29,921 nt of DNA from a virus (taxonomy: Duplodnaviria > Caudoviricetes). This document shows, piece by piece, positions 25,344 to 29,921 of this stretch; the first letter of the stretch is position 1; every line of letters starts with the position of its first letter. Where the stretch lies: positions 1 to 29,921 of the IMG/VR virus record IMGVR_UViG_3300007517_000025. One strand, 5' to 3'. Both the position numbers and the translations under genes were made by a program. A model generated the notes under the pieces. That model did not search any database. It was not told the DNA's origin and saw only the letters and a program-made list of their open reading frames with translations.

Positions 25344-27908
25344 TCAATCTGATACTTTTTCATTCATCGCGGAAAGTGCGTAGAGCATGGTTTCTCTATC
25401 TGCTTTTGCACCACGTTCTGCCATAGTTGGACTAGAGAGTAGTTCCATGCCAGACGATAAAACTTCGGTAGCCCTTTCGGTGCGGGCGTGTTTCCCTAGA
25501 CCTCTCATCCTAAGTCCGATATAGGGTGAGTAAAACTCGCCTAGCGCATAGTCTTGGGAGCCAAGGCTTAGTCCCGTTGGGGGAATTTCCTTCCTATCAT
25601 TAGGGACTTCCGAAGCCCGCTCTTCTCGAAACGCGACAGATTCTTCTACTTTCCCTAGTTTAACCTCAAGAAGGTGTCCGCTTTCGTGCCACATCATTTC
25701 TCTAGTATGCTCCTTTGTTGAGGCAAGTGAGTTATAGCCCTGTAATTTAAGCCCCGCATTTGCCAATAAGACATCTCCAATATTGATGTAGCCATCTACA
25801 CTCTTGTCGTTAAACAATTCCGTTTCTGTAAATGATTTCATCCCTGGGTCTATCTCGGCGGCGTCTTTAGTCATTTGTGAATACTTGTTGTTTCCGCCTG
25901 GGAAAGCACAAGTAATACCGCCCGCTAAACCAACTTTTGCATTGATTGGTGTCGCTAAATACTGTTGAAGGTCTTGCCCCGCCTTTTGAGCTCCAGCCAC
26001 TACCTTGGATCTATCATTTGTCGATGTTCGTGACCCCGCACCTCCCTGGTTGAATAAGTTTGTTATTTTGCGGTCGTCTTCACTATCGGGTAATTCGTAT
26101 TTACCTGGTGCGGGGTTTGTTTGTTTCATCGAATTTAGTAGTTTGCCATATCCACCAAACCCTCCGAGATTATCTAGCTTTTCTCCATATTTTAACTCTG
26201 CTTTAACAACATTAACTCGCCACTTGTAACTAGGCGACTCCTTTCCTTTTTTCTGAGCTATCTCCGCTAACTCATTCAACCTTTTGGTGAGCGAAAACCC
26301 TCGACCCTCAGCTTGCTCTAGCGCGCCCTTTTTCTCTATAAGTATATTTCTTATCTCAACCTCTTTTTTGGCGATATTGCTGATTTGACTAATATCAGAA
26401 GCAGTTAACGACAACTTCCCGGCAGCAATTTTCTGGACTTTGGCGACGCCTTCCTGGATTCTTCCTTGGAGTTCTAATGTTTGTTTTTGAACTTGCTCTG
26501 CTTTTTTGGGATTGGGTTGTTGCTCATTACGGCGGGCGATCGTCTCCAATACCTCTGTATAATCCAAACCCTCGTCCGCAACTATTTTTTTCACCATTTC
26601 TTCGTTTTCGCCAAAGCTACCCTCACCTAAAGAACCATTTGCGATATTTACTTGCTTGCTGATTACGTTTTTTATATTTAAAAAAAAATTAAGTGCGATT
26701 ACAGATCCAAGTATAGGATTAGTTACCACAACTTTGACCCTTGTGAGTGAAGCTTGTTTTATCGCGACTTTCGCAGCCTCTTGAATACCTTTGCCTGCAA
26801 TAAGTTCTCCAATAAGATCGACAATTAGCATCTGACCAGCAACACCCGCCGCAAAGCCAAACGCAGTCCCTACAGTTATACAGGCGACTGCTACCGCACC
26901 GATCGCCAGTTCTTTTTTGTGTTCAGATACCGCTTTTATCGCATCATCCATACGGTCTTGCATGAAGTCAATTGCGTTACCAATAGTGTCCTTATCACCC
27001 TTAACTACATCTTCGATCTTTGTATTTTCAATACCTTCTACGATACTCGGAGAATTAGCCGCACCAGCAATCAATCCTGATTTAATTCGATCGCCACCGA
27101 TAGAGCGAAGCGTCTCTCTAATTTGCTCATCCGCAGAAGGTTCGACAAGTGGTGGCTTTTCTTTGCGGACAGCATTTGCTGCGAGTTAGATAGCTTTACC
27201 TACGACATTAAAGATAAGACTGATGCTTGCAATTCGAGTTATATTTGGTGATGAAAATATCTTCTTAATCGTTCCTGGGGCGATACCTGCGGCTTGCTGC
27301 GTGATCGCCTTGTCTGGTCGCATTCCCTTTTTGAAAACAACAATTCCAGCAGATCCTAAGATCAAAGTCCCCCCAAAAGCTATTTGCCGCAAAATAACAC
27401 TTGCTGTAAATTGAGCAACACTTATCGCAACGCGCAAAACTTCTTGTGCGCCTTGTGATGTGGCGTTCACAGCTTGCTCAAAAGCAATCTTAGTGAAATC
27501 ACTGAGATTGCTCAGGGCATCTTTATCGCCCTTGAGAATTTGTGCAAAATCAACTTTCTCGATCGCCTGCTGAATATCGGGTCTATGTTTAAAATCAGTC
27601 GCCAAATCTTTCTTCAGATCGTCCCCGACTTTACCTGTCAAAACCTCTCTAACTACCTGACCGTTTTCACGAGCAACCTTCGGGTCTAATGCTGGAGGCG
27701 CTTTTATTTCGGAAGTAGCCGTACCTGGAGTGCTGCTTTTCGACGCGAACTTTCCGTCGGGCGATCGTTTGACAGTTACTTCTTTTCCGCTTTCGGTTGT
27801 GTAGATGCTTTCAAAGTCGCCAGACCGCTTAGGAATCTCACCAGCTAAGGCGAGGTGCAGCTCTAAAAGATTAATTTGAGTCTGAATATAGCTATCTTCT
27901 AACGACAT
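25344..27908 (-). pseudogene. ~850-aa RSPDGKFASK-module protein with TM segments and C-terminal zincin (HExxH) metallopeptidase, interrupted by one in-frame TAA
   Basis: The two track ORFs share a frame: VVGKAI*LAANAVRKEKPP...IKSGLIAGAAN (TAA 27186-27188); WHESGHLLE and EVLSSGME zinc-ligand motifs. Confidence 0.75.
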
Positions 27909-27912
27909 ATAT

Positions 27913-28554
27913 TTATGTTCTTGGGAAAATAAAGCTCCGACGATCGCCAGCTTCCTGTAATGATGCGAGTTCACGATCAAGAGTGGAGCCACCTCCGCCA
28001 CCACTTTTTCCACTTTTACTGTCACCCAGTCGAAATGACTTGGAAATTCCCGGCACTGAGATTGAGCTTACGTCGCGGATTGGCTCTTCGAGAAAGCTCA
28101 AATCTCCAGTCAGACCACTCGTTTCTAGGCTTTTCCTCAGTAAAGAAAAAGCGGCTCGTTGGAACCGCTTAGGTAACGGATCATAGCCAGAGTCATAACT
28201 GACTTTTACCATCCACCCCGGATAACCAACTTTCAAGATTGTGCCTTGCAACCAATTTGACATAATATTTTCGGTTGCGTACACGGGAGGGTAAGAGTGG
28301 TCGATATTGTTGTAAATTTCGACCCGCCTTACCAGGATTACTGGGTACTTTGCGAGGGTTACTGTCCCGGAGCATGAACTACGGTAATCCTCTATGTAAG
28401 TCTTTCTACCTGGATGATAGCCGAGCCAAATATCGAGGCGTTCCTCAATTCCTTCGAGTACATAAGTCAACTGCTCCAAAGAGGGAGCCGTCTCGACCGT
28501 ATAAGTTCCGATCGAGATTAATCGTTGCCGTACTTCTAAGGGCGTCAGATACAT
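27913..28554 (-). CDS. Head-tail connector/adaptor protein
   Basis: YLTPLEVRQRL...RLDIWLG...LAKYPV...VSYDSGYDPLPKRFQRAA pattern; downstream of the capsid gene. Confidence 0.7.
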   Translation of the reverse strand: MYLTPLEVRQRLISIGTYTVETAPSLEQLTYVLEGIEERLDIWLGYHPGRKTYIEDYRSSCSGTVTLAKYPVILVRRVEIYNNIDHSYPPVYATENIMSNWLQGTILKVGYPGWMVKVSYDSGYDPLPKRFQRAAFSLLRKSLETSGLTGDLSFLEEPIRDVSSISVPGISKSFRLGDSKSGKSGGGGGSTLDRELASLQEAGDRRSFIFPRT

Positions 28555-28558
28555 AAGT

Positions 28559-29125
28559 TTAGGGAATTACAACTCGCGGAACAATGCCTAACTGGATGAC
28601 TATTCTTTCGCTGGCGATCGGTACATAAGCGTTTTTAGCAACTAAAATACCGTACAAACTTGTAGAACCGCTGGATGTACTCACTACCTTGCTTGGCGCG
28701 ATCGCGTATCGCGTAAAGCCACCCATAGATTCCGCTGCGGTATCTGGGAATGAAATTGTATTGACATGGTTTACCATATCGTTCGCACTAATTACGAACG
28801 GCTCGTTATCGACGGACGTGGCTATCAGTGGGACGGAAAATAAATGTAGATCAGCACCGAGATTCGTACCTTGATCCGAAAACAGTTTGAGCTGTGCTTC
28901 TACGATAAAGCCGGAACTACCGAAAGGAAGTGCGTCTTTAAAATGCAGCGCTTTCACTTGAACGAGCGGACCCGCTGGAACAGCAGGATAAATGATGTCG
29001 CCAACAGTATAAGCTGTCGCGTTTGCAGGTCGAATGAACGAACACACTACCGATTTCGGTGCGTGGTTCTTCATCTCGTCGGCCATCTTGCTCAGAGCAA
29101 GACCTACTGGCAAAGGATTAACCAT
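28559..29125 (-). CDS. Phage virion structural protein (beta-rich, RPANATAYTVGD motif)
   Basis: FIRPANATAYTVGDII motif recurs in phage head-region proteins; position in the head operon. Confidence 0.6.
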   Translation of the reverse strand: MVNPLPVGLALSKMADEMKNHAPKSVVCSFIRPANATAYTVGDIIYPAVPAGPLVQVKALHFKDALPFGSSGFIVEAQLKLFSDQGTNLGADLHLFSVPLIATSVDNEPFVISANDMVNHVNTISFPDTAAESMGGFTRYAIAPSKVVSTSSGSTSLYGILVAKNAYVPIASERIVIQLGIVPRVVIP

Positions 29126-29192
29126 TTTGAAAATTCTACTGCGAAGGTGTGTTTAGACATAAATGCGATTGGGGTTTTAAAGCCCCGCTCGA

Positions 29193-29456
29193 TCAGCTTT
29201 CTTCGGGATTTACAATTGACTTAGAAGACTTTTTGGGCTTGACTGGCTCTGCGGGCGTTTCTGGCAGTGGCAGTTCCAGAATTACTTCAGCTTGCGCCGA
29301 AGGTGCCTCAATCGGTACTGCAAAACCTGCTTCAATCAACCATTCGCCAACATCATCTGGAACGTCGGCGACTTCGGAGTTGAATGGCTTGCGGATAATT
29401 CCACAGTTTGGGACGGCGATCGAATTGATCCATTTATCTGTAGGTTGAACGCGCAT
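29193..29456 (-). CDS. Small post-capsid protein (87 aa)
   Basis: ATG 29456 lies 1 nt after the capsid stop; EVADVPDDVGEWLIEAGFA plus Pro/Lys-rich tail is typical of post-MCP genes. Confidence 0.65.
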   Translation of the reverse strand: MRVQPTDKWINSIAVPNCGIIRKPFNSEVADVPDDVGEWLIEAGFAVPIEAPSAQAEVILELPLPETPAEPVKPKKSSKSIVNPEES

Positions 29457-29457
29457 T

Positions 29458-29921
29458 TTACAAAGTCCCGATAGAGCCGATCGTACCGGCAGGAACCTTG
29501 ATCGAAAGCTTCCAAATCGATTCGCCGCCGTTACCTGCGAACAAAGTACCAAACTGTAAAATAAACCGCTTGTCAACCATGTAATGTTCTAGCCCAGCGT
29601 GGTATGCGTACTTGGCAACGTCAAAAATTTGAGGATTGAAATTGTCAGGCATCCCGCCTTTCGGGATCACGCCTCTCCACGACAACTGATTCAAGTCCAG
29701 TAGCCAGTAGTGAACAAGATCGTAGTCGCGACCTAATGCTGCATCCGCCGGAGTGTCACGAATGAACGGGGAACTCATTAAAGGCGTTTGCCCGCGCTGG
29801 GTAATAACAGATGGCACTTTCAATCCAGGCGTAACTCGTTCCAGATTCATGTATTGCATCTGGGAGTCAGTCTGATCTTCGATCAGTTCTATGCCAAGCG
29901 CAGAAGTAAAAATGTGGGTTA
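29458..29921 (-). CDS. Major capsid protein, C-terminal part (5' end outside window)
   Basis: Frame open to the window end: THIFTSALG...VTPGLKVPSVITQRGQTPLMSSPFI...FILQFGTLFA; position upstream of head-tail genes. Confidence 0.62.
   Translation of the reverse strand, partial: THIFTSALGIELIEDQTDSQMQYMNLERVTPGLKVPSVITQRGQTPLMSSPFIRDTPADAALGRDYDLVHYWLLDLNQLSWRGVIPKGGMPDNFNPQIFDVAKYAYHAGLEHYMVDKRFILQFGTLFAGNGGESIWKLSIKVPAGTIGSIGTL

Larger units (their letters stand above)
1..29921. mobile_element. Segment of a large myovirus-like prophage/phage-plasmid of a cyanobacterium (extends beyond both window ends)
   Basis: Terminase, capsid, head-tail adaptor, baseplate hub and spike genes plus Bro/KilA/Rha/XRE genes; no host housekeeping genes; abundant GGCGATCG HIP1-like sites. 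Confidence 0.88.

Noticed and set aside
4657-27188. Stop-codon reassignment suggested by in-frame stops
   Set aside because: The three internal stops are TAG, TGA and TAA, and all three codons end normal genes here; decay or sequencing error is simpler
1-29921. Tailocin/eCIS or T6SS interpretation of the spike and hub genes; tRNA or rRNA genes
   Set aside because: Terminase, capsid and head-tail genes indicate a DNA-packaging phage; no tRNA or rRNA signature was seen

Overview
The whole window looks like part of a large contractile-tailed (myovirus-like) prophage or phage-plasmid of a cyanobacterium. GGGCGATCG/CGATCGCCC (HIP1-like) sites are very common, and the IS200/IS605 element and thymidylate synthase are of cyanobacterial type. 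Virion genes lie mostly on the minus strand: major capsid C-terminus, head-tail adaptor, GpA-type terminase, a gpD-like baseplate hub split over two genes carrying M15A, GH19 and C39 hydrolase domains, and a gpV/gp5 spike that the ORF track misses. Between them sit accessory cassettes: a C5 DNA methyltransferase, an XRE regulator, four Bro-N genes or fragments, KilA-N, a C39 lysin and thyA, often bounded by HIP1-containing hairpins. There is one intact IS200/IS605 (tnpA+tnpB) and two IS-end remnants. Decay is evident: in-frame stops in thyA and in a large metallopeptidase gene, plus Rha, ParB-like and KilA-N relics. The most notable observations are (1) a duplicated 23-aa mini-gene ending NRGDGRGR, resembling the PatS/PatX RGSGR peptides that inhibit HetR, whose copies differ only at synonymous sites; (2) two paralogous proteins sharing an N-terminal RSPDGKFASK module, one ending in an HExxH peptidase followed by a small candidate immunity gene; and (3) an orphan tnpB right end (possible omega-RNA) fused to a bro gene. 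All family assignments come from motif recognition by eye; no database search was run.
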